DNA of 64,000 bases from Bugula neritina (taxonomy: Eukaryota; Animalia; Bryozoa): positions 10,820,741-10,884,740 of the forward strand of contig OZ037768.1 of assembly GCA_964035545.1 (NCBI GenBank), written 5' to 3'. Below the pieces are notes generated by a model. That model was given only the letters and a program-made list of their open reading frames with translations, did no database searches and had not been told where the DNA came from. Shown piece after piece: positions 49,050 through 64,000 of the stretch. Both the position numbers and the translations under genes were made by a program. Numbering within the stretch: the stretch's first letter is position 1; the number at the start of each line of letters is the position of its first letter.

Positions 49050-52000
49050 TCATACGGGCTGACCGCAAGGCAGGTTCGAGTTATACGTGAACTGTGACGG
49101 GAGAGCAGCGAGTGTGACGGCAGGCACTTCACACGCTGATCTGTTCTGACTACATACTTCCTCTTCGGACTCCATCAGCTCTTCCTGACTCGAATGTTTA
49201 GACCCAGTTAGTATTTCAGTTCTATTTACTGGTATATAGGTAGCTAATGTGGTCCTAGCGTTATTAGTCTGAGTGACTATGTGAGGACTATGTCTTTGGG
49301 CTACTTGACACTGGTGATACTTATAGTAAACCAATAGACTGAATAGCACAATCAACAGTATAACTACAGTGGACACTCCTCCGTACACTATTGACCGTAT
49401 TCCTAGAGAACTGATTGATTTACTCTTCGAAGCTCCAGCTTGTACAGATGTTTCTTCTAGAAAAAAAGCATAGTAGAGTTACCATAGTTAGAAACTTCTT
49501 AAATGAATACTGGACATGTGACAGTTTTCACTTGAACAAACAGAGCATGAAAAACACCTACTTTTAGAACAATCTTTATACTCACAAAGCATATATGTTT
49601 GAAATTGTAAGTCACTATTAGTAAGTTAAACTAGCTTCATGTAGATACTGTACCCAACTCTAACAGGTATAATGTATATGACTTCTATTTAATTAAGAGT
49701 ATTATATCTCCCACCAACTACACAGAGCAACACACTAACCTTGATTAGTACATATCCCATCATGCCATTGCCAACCAAAGAAGCATTCTGTACATGAAGA
49801 GTTGTGGGCCCCTGAGCAAGCAGCACACGTATAGTGACAGGCTTTACATATTTTCTGTCTGTTAGATTGTGTCTGTACATAATAGCCATCAGGACATCGC
49901 CTAATGCATCGATCTCTAAGGTGAAATGTCTTTGCTGGACATCGGATACCTGCAGAAGACAACAGTGTGGAACATGTGCAGACAGAAGAAACTTATATAC
50001 AAACATTATGCAACACGGAACAGAAATTTTTCAACCATCAATTACGTTCTCATGTTTTAAATGGATCCATGCAAATGATTTTTAGGATTGCTGTTTGCAT
50101 CAACCTATGGTTGTGGTTTCATTGAATTGACACTGACCCAAACATTGAATGAAAAATCCATTCGATAATTCGAAGCATGGGGACATATCACATCATTAAA
50201 TCAGCAGATAGCAACACAGCTGAGTCACTTACCTGATTTAACATTGTCATGTACACTATTTGAAGTAGGGGTAGTCTTTTTTGGTGGCAAGAAAATTTTC
50301 TTTGTAAATAAACTTGTTTCTGTAACAGAAGTAGATATGTGTTGACTTTCAAACATTGGCAACACTAATATAACAAACATGTATGTGTATCAGCAAGTAT
50401 AACCAGTTCCTTAGGTAAATATACTGTATACTTTTAAATAGCCAGTTGACAAGCAAAACGTTTTTGTGTCCCAGTTTTGAAACTGTTGCTATTTTGTTTG
50501 TCACTTTTATAATAGTTTACAGTAGGAAAGATAACTCCAAAGTTTAAAGTTGATCATGCTCAGTAATATTATGGTGCAATACTACGGCAACCTTGATTGC
50601 TGGTAATAAATGCACCAAAGAAACTTAACATAGTTTCTAAACATAGAAATGCCAACAGAATCTTAGCATAAAACATTCGAATAGTTACGGTGTTCTTATG
50701 TCAACTCACCAGGCAGGTTAAGCCAGTTGTTTGAGTCAGTAGTGGGTTTAACTTTCACAGCGGATGTTTTTATAGAGGTGCGATGTGGCTCAGGAGTAGT
50801 GATTTGTGGTTTGACTGTTTTCTGTAACACAATAATACTATGCTGCATAGGATATACGTATGTGTGTACATATAATACAAGTATACATAACATTAGCTTA
50901 TGCAATACACAATACAGACAGGTGAGACTTTACAGCTATCAGTAACATGTTGTTATACAGTGTTACATGTTGTTATACAGTGTAACATGGTGTTATACAG
51001 TGTTACATGTTGTTATACAGTGTAACATGTTGTTATACAGTGTTACATGTTGTTATGCAGTGTTACATGTTGTTATACAGTGTTACATGTTGTTATACAG
51101 TGTTATATGTTGTTATACAGTGTTATATGTTGTTATACAGTGTTATATGTTGTTTGGACAGAATCACTTCACACTGACAGAGAGAAAAACCAGCCTTACA
51201 CCAGAACTAGCAACAACAGAACCAACAGCCAGTTAGTTTCACACAAGCAGCTGTAAGTTAGCACAGGGTAGTAGAAGGTGACTATGATATATCCCACAAC
51301 ACGCAATATATGACTATGACTATACATACCATGAAAGGTGAAGGTGATGTGCTAGGACGAGCCGATTGGCTGTTGATTGTAGTAGCAGGAGTTACAGTCA
51401 CCTTTCTTGTAGTTGTAGATGATTTGCTTTTAGGATTGGCAGCTGCAACTTTTTTGACAGCTATGGTAGAAGTGAGAACTGTTGTGGTGAGTGTAGAGAT
51501 AGCAGTAGTGTTGGGGGCAATAGTTGTAGGGACAGCAATGGTAGGGACCAAAGTGGTAGGGACGAGGTTGATATGTTTAGTGGTGACTTTAACACTAGTA
51601 GCCTTGGTGGTGGTGGTGGTAAAAGTGGTTGTAGGAGTGGTCGTAGGTGGTGTAATGGTGGATGGTGGCTTAGTGTTGAGAGGGTGAGTAGATGTGCCGT
51701 ACATTACTAGTGACCAGCTATTCAGTTTAGCTCTCTTTCCTAAAAATATAGTAATATTGTCATGCAGACATTTGAAATTACATTGAATTATAATTATATA
51801 AAAACCATTCAAATTAATTAATTTAAATTATATTAAATTAGTATAAGCAACAGTAATGAAATTTTCCTCCTTTAGTTAATATGGAAGTTTAAAAACCAGC
51901 ATAAAACCAAAGCCTTTAGAAAATTCTTATTTAATTCTAATGTATATTTGAATTATCAAAAGTAAGTTATGCAACTAATGAAACTGTACTCGGCATGTAC

Positions 52001-55000
52001 ATACATCATGGCACTACAGCTAAAACTAAAGCTGGTGCTAAAAGTGGGTGTGGGCAACATACAAGTAAGGGAAGTGATTTATTCACGCCCTTACCAAGAT
52101 TGCCACGAGTAACTGATCAAAGATTTATATATAAAAAATAAACAATCAATAGAATTAATTTAATTATTTAAACCTGCACGATAGCCATTAGCAATCTCTA
52201 ATGTCCATTCTCCTTGGCTCTTCTCTCCCCACATATGAGTGGTAAGAAACCCCCATTCATTAAAACCCATCCTAGAGTCGTCATTGACGCTATTGAAAAA
52301 ATATTGAATGTTGTTAAATCACCCATTAGCTAAATTAACTTTACAATTTAGAAATATTAATGCATGAATTGCTTGGAATAGTGAGTAACTGGGAACATAA
52401 TCAAAGCATAAAAAAGTTTCAAAATGGTAATTAATTCATAAAATTACACATATGCCAGCTAATAACCTGCTTAAATCTCCAATAAAAGATTTAAATGAAT
52501 TCAACACATGAGTAACTTATGAGATGTTAGAAAAAATTAATGTTGAATCACATTCTTGTAGGAAGAAGCAACTGGTGAGCTGCTTGGGGCAGAATTGAAA
52601 GTTTTACTTTAAGCTTTGGAGAGCTACAATTTATACAGAAAGACAACTGAAGCGTAAATTTCCCAAGTAAAAGGCAGGTTGCGGCGAACCAAATAAAGTT
52701 TGACATGAAGTTTAGTAGAAAGCCTAAACTGAAGCATTAAATTTGTAACTAAGGCCTCCAGCAAAGAGCAGAAAAGTACAATTCAAAGCATAAACTAATG
52801 TCATTTGTTTGAAATGTATTTTTAATAATTAATAAAAGTTGGCAATGCATGAAATTATTGTAATTATATGTAATGGCAGGAGGATTGGGAATATGTTTTG
52901 GTGAAGGCTCTTGTGGGCTGCCAAGATAACAAAAATAGCAGCACACACAGAAGTTGGTTGAAAAATGAGCCATGAGCCAAGTTTAGTTTCTTTCATCTTT
53001 AATATCTTTAATTAGTGAACAGTTTGACTTAAATTATAACTGACAGTATGTTTAAATTATAGCATAGTTATATGGTATAGTTATATAGTATAGTTACACA
53101 GTATAGTTATATAGTATAGCTATATAGTATAGCTACATAGTATAGCTACATAGTATAGCTATATTATAGTAGAAAGGAGTATACACCTGTATTACACTAT
53201 CAGCATTCGTAATCAGAGCAACCAAATTTAAAGTTTGGTGAAAGTATGTATGTTCATCAAATACATAATTAGTGCAACAATTTGCTCAACAAAAGACCCA
53301 CATAGCTGATATTTACCTCATCACATTCCTGCTGTAGTTTATCTAACATGTTACTACACGCTGGTAATAGCATTGTGAAAAGCAAATTATAATAGAACAG
53401 GCATAATGTGAAACTAAAAATACTCAATTCTCACTATCAGTAAGTGAAGGTACATTAAATCTCTAGGACTTGATACTCAATTTTTAAGTGAGGTTGTGGG
53501 GTGTCTCAAATTTGGAGGCAGCAAAGTAAAACATGTCTCTTCACCTTATGACCTCATGACCTCTACAGGAAACAGGAAACGTACCGGGCTGTGAGCAGCG
53601 TAGACCGAGTACCAGAAGGAGAGATGAGCCAGATCTGAAGATCACCCCTCCAAGAGCTAGTGAGAGTTATCTTCGCCTGCACATGCTCTAAGTACACCAC
53701 CTCCCTGTCGGTCATCCTGCACCCAGCAGTTGTTAGGTGCAGAGTCTTGGTCTCTTTCGGCATTATTAAACTTGAAATAAAATAATACCGTACGTAGGTT
53801 AGTTTCACAATTTCATATCATCCGTGTCAAAAAGAGCAATACAACTAAGTAATTTTTTAAACTTCATCAATTACGTCTTTTACACCATATTGAGGTAAAT
53901 CGTGATATGCCAACTCTAGTAGATAAAGCAGGTATAGATAAAGCAATTTATTTCCTTGCACTGATCTCTGGGAAACCGAATTTCTACAGATGTCAAGAGT
54001 ATGACTCACACATTCCTGTCTACAGATGACACTTCACACACGTGCTGTTCCGGAATATTTGTCCAATTCAACGCCATGTCTACCATTTTTCCAGCATTCA
54101 TCATACCAAACCCAAAATGGTGGCTCACTTTTCTACCAGCTCCATTGGTTATCCAGTCATTAGCTTGAAGGCCAATAGGAGAGGCACCCAGCACAGATAT
54201 ATACTGCACATCTCTCCAGGTCAACCTTTTACTACAATAAACACCACACTTCCATAAACACTGTCTAATCAGCAATAGCGAGATAATCTGCAAGAGAGGG
54301 CAAATTCGAAATTGACAAATATAATATCAACATAACTTGTAAATGACTAGTGCCATTAATTACTGTCCAGACAATGAAAGTGATGCAAAAGTAGCAGACA
54401 GTAAGTGGCAAATACCATTATTTGTTAATTATTGGCAATTAAGAGGGGTGTTTTAGCATCATGGCAGATGAATTAACAGATACATAATTATAGAATGCAT
54501 CTGGATATTACCAGAAGTCGATTAACACAGCATAAGACTCACAAAAGCGCTGTATCCTACACTCTTGCTTATTTCATCCAAATACAGATTACACACCCCC
54601 ACTTATCACACTATCACTTGCTGAAGACAGCTGCAGACTATATAGCAGTACTAGAGTAGTACCACATGTGTCTACTGCACACAGTCAATGCAAACTCTGT
54701 ACAAATACTTGGCCATTTGAACCTTGTGCTGGACCTACTTGCAGGCCACTGTTCCGTGATTTTAAAGCTCTATAGTCTGTAGTATTCTAACGTTGTCATT
54801 ATACAAGCTTTCAGAGAGAAAAACTATAAAAAGCCTTCAGAAAAAGCTTTCAGAAGAGAAAAAGCTATGAAGGTTTTGGTATGTACTGATTTCAATCTCT
54901 CTGTGCTACCCAACTTGCTAACATGTTCTGCTGACAATAAAACTTATTTATCATAACCCTACATAGTATGTAGAGTGCAACTTTGCTTTATATAAAAATG

Positions 55001-58000
55001 TATCTACATGGTTTGGGTCAGGTTAGTTTGGCTAAACTGATTCCGAAACCCACATGCAGGAATTATCCCTCCTGGGCTGAGTAGGCCGAAAGGTAATACA
55101 ATGCCATACCTACTAAAACTGCTTTTAATTTCTATTTTCTCAGGCACAGTTGAAAGAACTCCCAGCAATGAGCTGTTTACACTTGATTTCAAATCTAATT
55201 TAGACTAAAGCCACTGCAGACTAGATAAATAAATAATCCAGTATAGCTCTAAGGGTTGAGTCAACAACATTTTTTAGAATAATAAAACACAATTAACTCT
55301 TTTACTCATATCATCATTCAGAACTTTTTGCCTATAATAGTATTAAAACTGCCTACACAAAGAATTGCTAGCTTTCAAAAAGTCTTCAGTCCTTTGATGA
55401 CTAAAACAAAGTAAGCAGTACAATTAGACATTCAAGGATGGCTAGTAGAAGTTATGGCTGCTCCAAGCCCTAAAAAATTGCTGTCTTTGGCTGGAGGAGA
55501 GATTAATTGACTTGTACATATCATTCTGTGATCCACGATAGGTAATTGGAAACTATTATCATGATGTTTCTACAGGTTACCCTGGGAACTCGAGCCATTA
55601 TTAGCAGAATATAGAAAAGGTAATCTCTTATTCAAAGCCTGCAACTGAATGGTCCATATGCAGACGAAATAATACAGTGAAATGTGTGCACTGGGCTGAA
55701 ACTAAATTCTAAACAAACACGAAATAAAGGCCCCCCATTCACAAATAACAAACATTAGAAAAGGAATACAAGATAACAGACTATGAATTAACTACTCAAA
55801 TGAAATATAAATATTTGAAATACACTAAGAGTGAGGTTAAGTGGAGGGATTTGCTGGGCAGTGCAGAGTACCTGTGCTAATCTGTGTATGGTGCTGTTAA
55901 GTGCCCCTATAGAGTATAATATACTTTAGTATGCACTGCGCCGAGTTACATGCAGCACTGTACATAACTAAGAACTGATAGTTTGTAGACAATATAAAAT
56001 TTAATATAGAATAGTATAGAATATAGAAATATAACCAGCTTAGAATAAAAAACTAGTTTACAATCCGCCATCTCAGACTAATGCATTTCACAGGCAAAGC
56101 TACTGAAAAATCTCACAATTCATTGAAACCGAAGAACTGCCCCATGAGTTTCTAACTGCTGTGGGAAACACTGTTTTCAATCAGAGCTAATATACAAGTT
56201 TCAGCTGTAAAACATTTAAATATAAGCATTAACTAACTAACAGTGGGTAAGTTTAAATTAAACAAAGCAGTTCATAATTATTTGATTCTAAAACAAAAAT
56301 TACCTTTGCCTGCTTTATAACTATGACCATACTTCTCAACTAAAAACACTGAAAACTAAACTTCTAAAAAGACAAACAATTTATGCAGTAAGTCTGAAAG
56401 CTTCATAAGCATTCTTATTAAAACATTACAACCTAAATCACCAGTAACATCAGAAAACTTTGACAAAAATTAAAAACCCACTTCCAATATGAGTCGTCAT
56501 TAATAAAGACAAGATAAAATGCTCTAAAAACTGAATGATCACAAAATATAACATAGACTATTATCTAGATGTGCAGTACTGGACAAGCAAATAGAGGAAT
56601 AATTAGGCTCTTTATAAAGAAATAATTAGCATTATCAACATCAACAGTAATTACATTAGAAGTCACAGAGGTATGCTATTTCTGGAAACAAAACAACTTA
56701 ACAAATAGTGAATAGGAATGCATCAAGTGATTAACTGTGTTAGGCAGTATCTAATGTTTCAATATGAGGGGCACAACACAGCCTATCCCTACTTTCTACT
56801 GTTACAGCTTCAGGGTCTCCCCAAAGCTTTTAAATAAACCAGGGTAGATAACCTTAGTTTTTATGCATTAAATTATTTGAGTGTGTATAAAGCATAGTTT
56901 TTATAGAAGGGAGTCATAATTCCATTGTGCATTAATGGCATTAGAAAGTCAGGTATAGAGTATGTTCATGATATAATATAGTTAAGCTACAAAGTAAAAG
57001 GTAGGTATTGACCATCAAACTAACTGAAGATTTAGATATAATAGAATAGGTTGGTGAAGAAGAGAAATACTTGGGATGTCAACATCTGCTAACCAGGACT
57101 ACATAGTACCACTGGAAGACTGCAGAAAAGCCAAATGTTTCAATCAAGTAGGGCCTACACATGATTGTGTGTATTAATTGCATTACTAAACCACAGCAGT
57201 TTTACAATGGATGGGGAATGTTGAAACTTTCTATAGCATGCTGACCACATTTTACTACATGGCATATGTTCAAATCAGTTAATTGATGAATTGAAGGGCA
57301 GTAGGAAATGCTAGGTACTAAAGACAACAGCAAAAGGAATGTTCTTTAGTTGGTTCTATTCAACTTAGACTAAAATCTCTTTCCTAACCCTGGCTGCACA
57401 TACCCTGGCTATAGCATCTCAGAACTCGTGAATGTAATTCACTCACAGAACAGGGAATCTATCAACTAACATCAAGTTATCTAAAGTTCAGCACCAGCCA
57501 ATAGTAAGATTTAACCAATTAAAACCATCTATTACCAAAAGTTATCATAATGTTGAACTCATTACATTTACATTCTCATCTGTCAAATATTATATAAGAA
57601 CTTTCTAAAAAGTTCAAATTAAAAGTAAATGAAAAATTATTTAATGACATTTATACACATATTAATGCGTTGTTTCTCATTTTGATTATATCTCAATAAT
57701 ACATTTGATTTTGGTACAAACACCACAGTAGGACTTTGGGTAGATGTTTCATTAAAACTAAAATCATAATTATTTCATTCTATTAGATTTTGATGATTTA
57801 GAGAAAACTCTTCCAGGATCATACATGTAATTTACATTGCATTAAATGCTTATTTGAGGCTTGAAATTCAAATGTAAATTTGTATTGATGAGATAAGACG
57901 TACTTGGCTTGCAATGTTAAGGCAACAATGCCTGCAGCAAGAGGGGCGCTAGCAGACGTGCCTGTATGGAGACTAGTGCACCCTCGTCTAAGATCAGTTG

Positions 58001-61000
58001 TAGTGATTTGTCTCTCTTCATGGCCACCACTGCTGTAGGTGGTGACAAGTGTAGATGAACATCCCTCGGAATACCTGTGAACATTGACAACTTTAAAAAC
58101 AATTGCTTCACAAAACCCAGGCTTGGGATTGCTAGTAATCATAGTCCACTGTGGCTTTTTGCACAAATCTGGACTTTCTTCTCAGTTGGCAGCACGACAG
58201 AGGGTCAGTTTACCAGCTATAGTTATTGCTAATCCACTGCTGTCACTTCAACATACTGCAACCTTTTATTATTGGGGAGCTAATTGCTTTTAGCTTTCCT
58301 ATATTTCACCCACTTGATCGGAAAGACCAGATATAGTTTCTCTTCAAAAGGCTTAGAACAGCCTTGCTATGAATGTCAATGGGCTATTACATTAAGTAGC
58401 ATAAGTTTATCCTCGCTGCATGACATATGGTGCAGCTTAAATATATTATTGAAATGATTTAGCCCACCAAGCTTTATTGCAGTGATCTCCATTTTCTTGG
58501 AGTAGCAGTAACATATTTATTAAATCACATTTTTATACCCAATCAAGTGTCTTGAAAGGAACATGTCTTCCTAATTTGTTGTATTTACTAATGTCACTGC
58601 AATATAGCAACTGTAATATAGCAACTGTAATATAGCAACTGTAATATAGCAACTGTAATATAGCAACTGTAATATAGCAACTGCAATATAGCAGCTGTAA
58701 TATAGCAACTGCAATATAGCAACTGCAATATAGCAACTGCAATATAGCAACTGCAATATAGCAACTGTAATATAGCAACTGCAATATAGCAACTGCGAGA
58801 TAGCAACTGTAATATAGCAACTGTAATATAGCAACTGTAATATAGCAACTGTAATATAGTAACTGTTATATAGCAGCTGCAATATAGCGACATATCCGTA
58901 ATATTTGTAGTTCCTATACTGACACCTACCAAGGTACATTCCCTTTCTCTGTAGCGCTGCTCACTGAGAGTGTATATATGCTGTTGGTGTAGCCATCACA
59001 GTTACAGTTGTCATGGTAACCTCCGCCATTTCCTGATGCCCATATAAACACGGAACCTTTGCCACCACGACCCTGGAGAATGACCAATACTTTACATTAC
59101 TCTATTCTTGTAGCAACCGGAAAACTGTTCTATCAACACATTTCCAGTCAAGACTATTTAAAGACTTTGTTTTTGTTACAACACAAGTTCTTGGAAGATA
59201 GTGGTACAACGTTCAATTAGGTAAACTGTAAATAAAAAACATTCTGCTCACACGTTGTTTACTAGAATTACAAAATAATAGCATATTATTTAAATATTGA
59301 CTGAATTACAATACATAATATTGAAATCTATGTAGGGTCCATCATGGGAAAAATGCTGATATATTGGAGCACGTTTGGCCACCCACCAAGCAGGATAAAA
59401 CAAATCCATCCCTGAATATTCAACAAGCAATTAGTTTGCCAAATTTGCAATTTCAGGGTTGAACAAAATAAAAAAAAGTAACTTAGGCAACTTTTATTGC
59501 CACATAGCATTAGCATAAGCTAAAAATAAAATAAACTCACCTTTGTTACACCATCTCTAAAAGCTTTTCTGGCTAAAGATGCCGGACCATCTACTGTTTT
59601 GCCATCATCATCTGGTCCCCAGGATGCACTGTAGATATCAATGTGGTCTCTGTTTCTACTCAATGAGTCTGCTTCCACTGAATCTGTTACATCTCCATCC
59701 AACATACGAATACCTGCAGATGAAACCTTCTAGAGTAACAACTATACTGTGGAATACACCTTGACAAACCTGCTACTAATTCTAAACAGCAATAAACATA
59801 ATTAATAAAAAATCTAAAAAAAGTTTTACAAGTTACAAAATAAATTCTTTTATCTGAACCTGATTTTTGTGATAAAATAGCTCAGATAAGATATTTGGAA
59901 ACTAAGTTTACATATCAACAATTTCACCTCCTATTCCAGCCTCATATGCCACTCCAATGCCACACGCCGAGTTGTTTGCCGAAGCAGCAATTTCGCCAGC
60001 ACATCTTGTACCATGTCTACCAACAATAAGAACACTTATAATGCTACAGCCTTATAGAGAAACCCATTTTTTAAAAGTTCAAAGTTCTATTATTAAGGAT
60101 AGTTGAGTAAATTTTAAAACTATAATAAATCTATGCTCTAGAGGAAGCTTTTGAAATTGACACTAGCAGAATGCATTGTGTAAAGTGTAGCTATTGTTGG
60201 AAGGATAACACTTATAAACCTCTTCTGGCAAAAACACAAAAATGCACCAACATTCCTATCTGATAATCTCATTCTGCAGTTCATAAAGTAGTTCCCATCT
60301 CCAGTTTTAAAAAATAGACTGGATATGGGAACTAAAACAATCAACACTTGAACAAAAATTCAGGCAAATAAAAATAATTGTCACTAACACAGCTACCTCA
60401 TTTTGCTGCCAATCCAACTCACTTCCATTTATTTTTCAAATTATTAAAAAAATTATGCTTGCAGTTTTTTCTGGTTTGACTTTCAAAAACCACATTCAAG
60501 TCTGAATTAGCTGCAAATACTTAAAAACATTTACCAGCATTCTGTCTTCCAGATGCCACCGTCTAATTAAGAAATAATTTGATGCTTTCCTTTTGTACCT
60601 TAGCTTAAAATAATACATTAGAAATAAACACAATACCGGCAGAAGTCCTATAAAATTTTATAATTTTCATACAAATATCATATTACTGAGTTGAAAAATA
60701 TTCTGGTTGCATTAGAGTTAAGCTTTACTGTTGAGTGCTTTTGAGTGTCATTCAAGTGTCTCAAGCACTACTCTTTACTCTTATAGAAAATCAACAGAGA
60801 GTTATGAACGTACACAATGAATCGATCAGAGGCAATTAACTAACGTGGAACTAGATATGAGCAGGCAAGTACAATAAAATGTTATTTTTTAAAATCAAAA
60901 TATCAATACAATGTGTTTATACTACAGCTGGGTGCAGCTCGTGTTCGCTGAGGCAGAAAGTAGGCATTTACCCTCTTTATTCTCTCAACTATGCAAGCCA

Positions 61001-63969
61001 TTGAATAAGCTGCACTAGAGATATTACCCTCTGCTCTCCTGCATACGATTAAACAGTTGCACCAATTACCTGAGCTTCGGATTAGTACCAAAATATATTT
61101 TCGAGGGTGTTCTACATTTTACAATAAAACCAGGGGGGGGGGAGCTTTGCTTAAAAAGCTCAATCAACTTCAATGTTAAGATAATGGTAGGCTTACGAGC
61201 ATTAAGAAAAATAGTAGCAATCTAGATGCCAAACCATAATGGTAATTGATAATCAATATTTTGCTGTGTCTAAAGGGAGAGGGAAAATGCTATAACATTT
61301 TATGTAAAACATGTAAAATAAATTAAATTATTATTATATATCGGTGCAGCTGATTTTCAGTGCAACAGCCTGCAGTATTCAAAGTAAGTAGGCACTTATA
61401 AGTGAGCTTATACTTTTAACCCAACAGCTGATTACTGATGTGATTATGAAAACTGAGTCCACTGGACTGTAATTATATGATTATGCTGCCAAGTTGACCA
61501 TACTATAGGCAGCTTAATCTGATACAGAAATGGCTGTGGAAATGAAAGGCTATCGTTGTTGAAATGCTGGACTACCAATATTACGGCAACAATTGTTCAG
61601 TGCAAGCAGCATTTCTACATACCATCAATGCATCGAAACAAAATATTGAGTCAAATATGTAGTGAAAGGAGAAACTAGGCAACGTTGCATCAACAAACTG
61701 TTGTTTATATTTACTACTGTTACATATCACCTTTTAATAGTCCTGCGATGATGCAAACCATCAACAATATTTTTTGCAATAAATGAAACTTTTTGCAAAT
61801 GCAAACTAGCATGATGAAATCCATCAATGAAAGAAAACACTGAATTTGCTTCAAGTTAGCTAGTCAACCACAACAAAGTGGAGAATTTTGTTTTGTGAGA
61901 TAAAAATTTTAAATTAATTTTGCAAATTAGATAATCGAAGTCCCATTAAACTAAGTTTAATCAGTATTAAATGCTCTTTGACATCTTGTTTGGTGACTCA
62001 TGGGTAAGTAAAAGCTATTCAATTTATTTTACACTCAAAAGTACGGTGAAGAAATGCATAATTGAACAATACATTCAAATGTGCACGTACATCTCATCTT
62101 ATACGGAATAACATAAAAAGTGAATAGGAAGTCACCTTGCAAGACAAATAACTAGTCAAATCACTATTATTACGTCATGTGCCAAGGCCAGTGGAAATAA
62201 AGCTGAACAATATTATCATGTTCGAAAGTAATTCAAACCGTAATCAAAGGAATCTATAATTTATCGTTGCATAATACAAATAAAATAATGCAAATAAAAT
62301 TGACACCAGCCAACATTCTTTACTAGTTGCTTTTTAAATTTAGTTCAATATATTTAATGATTGGTTAATTCCAATATATGTATTATAGCAAGAGAGATGT
62401 AAATGAAAGACAGGCCTTAAAACTTTACGCTCTGCTAAGTAAAGCATAAGAGGTGGAGGCAAGTGCAATAGCTGTCATATGTCATATTCTAAGTATATCT
62501 GTGGGTAATGGTGAGTGTAATTATATATCTACCTGTTTTCATTGGTGAAGTCATACCGAGGGGAAGGATCATCATCGTGGTCATTAATGTCATAGCTAGC
62601 CTTGTCATCCTAACACATATTCAACAGTTATTGAATATAAAATAAGTATTCAATAGAATTGAATAGTTACAAATATCAATAATACATTAATCTCTATAAA
62701 CTCTTCATGTGAGATGAAGTTCTGAATCTCATTATTTTACAACCAGAAGAGCTAAACTGATCAAAGTTCTAAAAACTAGGCTTTACATTATTTGCATTGC
62801 CCTAAATTTGAAACTAATATTGAAATCAATAGCAAGAAGATATTGGAAATGCAAACGTTAGGGCACAGCCCATAACGTATGGCATTATTAGGCTTCAAGT
62901 TCACTGCAAACAAGTATTTATAAAAATCAATAAGATTGTAACAGTAATAAAAATTAGACTACCAACAACTCTCCCTAATTCGGCAGCAGCAAAAATAGGC
63001 AGCAGGTAAATAAATGCATGCTCACACACTATACATTTTTTATATATAGATACGCAGTAAATCTCATTAGGGATAAGCTGAAAATAGTACGAAACTCATT
63101 CTTTCACAATTCAATTCTTTTTTTCACGGAAAAGGTAATGCTTACATAGTTGTATATAAGGTCTGGGTGAATCTTTTCTATGCCATCATCTAATACTGTA
63201 ACAACCACCCCTTTACCAGTGAAGCCTTTTCTCCAAGCACCTTGAATATTCATGTCTGTAAGGCTGCTTCTTCCACTGTCTCTAGGGCCATGCTGTGAAA
63301 ATCAGAGGTACTGAAGCTACGTTCACCCTGCTACCAGTATGCATACTACAGCTCATGCTATCAAGTATACATTTATGTGTGCTCCAATGCTTTAATAACA
63401 TAAATTATGGTATAACGCAGCAAGTTAATAGATACTAAAAGACCATTTCATTATGTACATTGGATTTTATGGTCAAAATGCAGGACTAGACACTCTGGTA
63501 GACCACTTGGCAGGGATGAATGAAATGAAAGGAAGCATAGTTCCCATCAATCTCTCCTCTACAGAACTTCAAAGCTAATATATTCAGTATTTACAACCAA
63601 ATGAAACATGTCCAAAACAAATTGCCAAAATCTAAATGAAATGCTTCCATTTGCATAATTATGGGCTTTTTGTAGTAAAATTATACTCAAGCTAAAGGCG
63701 AGAAATACAGTTCATTATTGCAGAGACCTAGCAATATACACTCAGCGTGGAGATGTGACCAGATTTCAGATGATAATACTATGTTGAACTCATTTAGTAT
63801 GTCATGGTTACCCCCAAACCAAGGAACACAAATATGATATAAGAAATGAGGCAATATCATAATTGTGTCACCTTACCAGATACCATTGCGACAGATATTT
63901 GGGGTCTGAGAAAGGAAGAGAGTCTCTTTTCTTTCTCCTCTTGATTTCCTGTTGGGCCACCCAGTGCAC
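49050..63969 (-). CDS. furin: Furin-like proprotein convertase, 5'-partial; 15 exons in window
   Basis: Exons 63969-63877, 63292-63146, 62609-62533, 60016-59928, 59713-59541, 59072-58930, 58074-57904, 54231-54010, 53770-53585, 52289-52174, 51739-51330, 50821-50710, 50319-50233, 49949-49740, 49456-49050. Contains the RRKKR/D propeptide site, catalytic [20 protein letters not shown] and HTGTSASAP, a P domain, a Thr-rich stalk, a short Cys-rich region, TM, and a tail with YIPV and ESEEE. Confidence 0.96.
50944..51152. repeat. Minisatellite, 20-bp unit tgttacatgttgttatacag
   Basis: Directly visible. Confidence 0.95.
53058..53165. repeat. Degenerate tatagt-based tandem repeat
   Basis: Directly visible. 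Confidence 0.85.
58597..58889. repeat. Minisatellite, 14-bp unit aatatagcaactg(t/c)
   Basis: Directly visible, ~20 units. Confidence 0.95.
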
Positions 63970-64000
63970 CTGCAACAAGTATTCAGTAGGCAGCATTAAC

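Noticed and set aside
50967-51256. Cys/Tyr-rich ORFs
   Set aside because: 20-bp minisatellite in a furin intron.
51310-51687. Val-rich + strand ORF
   Set aside because: Antisense shadow of the furin Thr-rich exon.
54232-57903. Alternative furin exon or nested gene in the 3.7-kb intron (e.g. ORF 55004-55192); also ORF 60903-61091
   Set aside because: No convertase motifs or convincing phase-compatible exon found by eye.
58533-58939. Repetitive hydrophobic ORFs; superficially array-like region
   Set aside because: 14-bp minisatellite with no unique spacers; neither CRISPR nor coding.

Overview
AT-rich, intron-rich animal (invertebrate) genomic DNA; a protostome/lophotrochozoan origin is my inference, not established. 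I assembled exons by hand from GT-AG splice sites and phase, because most entries in the supplied ORF track are exon fragments with intron read-through or repeat artefacts. Gene order: CRTC (+, first exon outside the window); orphan gene X1 (-); divergent Skp1 paralog (+); near-canonical Skp1 (+); a ~400-bp foldback element; orphan gene X2 (-, paralog of X1); a Domeless/gp130-like receptor (+) with no recognisable cytokine-binding N-terminus and a very short tail; a 26-exon 10xIg + 3xFN3 transmembrane receptor (-) ending in a PDZ-type motif; and a furin-like convertase (-, 5' exons outside the window). The stretch from 10.5 to 35.5 kb is rich in duplications. Most notable: (i) a ~1.1-kb intron-containing copy of the Dome-like gene inserted into an intron of the Ig receptor, flanked by a 25-bp target-site duplication and carrying a new stop just before the TM exon, so it could encode a soluble form; (ii) the truncated Dome-like receptor itself; (iii) the orphan X pair, with a hydrophobic N-terminus, a CxCxxxCxH motif and a C-terminal RRNRFLKFFCCC, flanking two Skp1 genes that share a derived exon 1; (iv) an Ig/FN3 domain count that matches no classical family I know.
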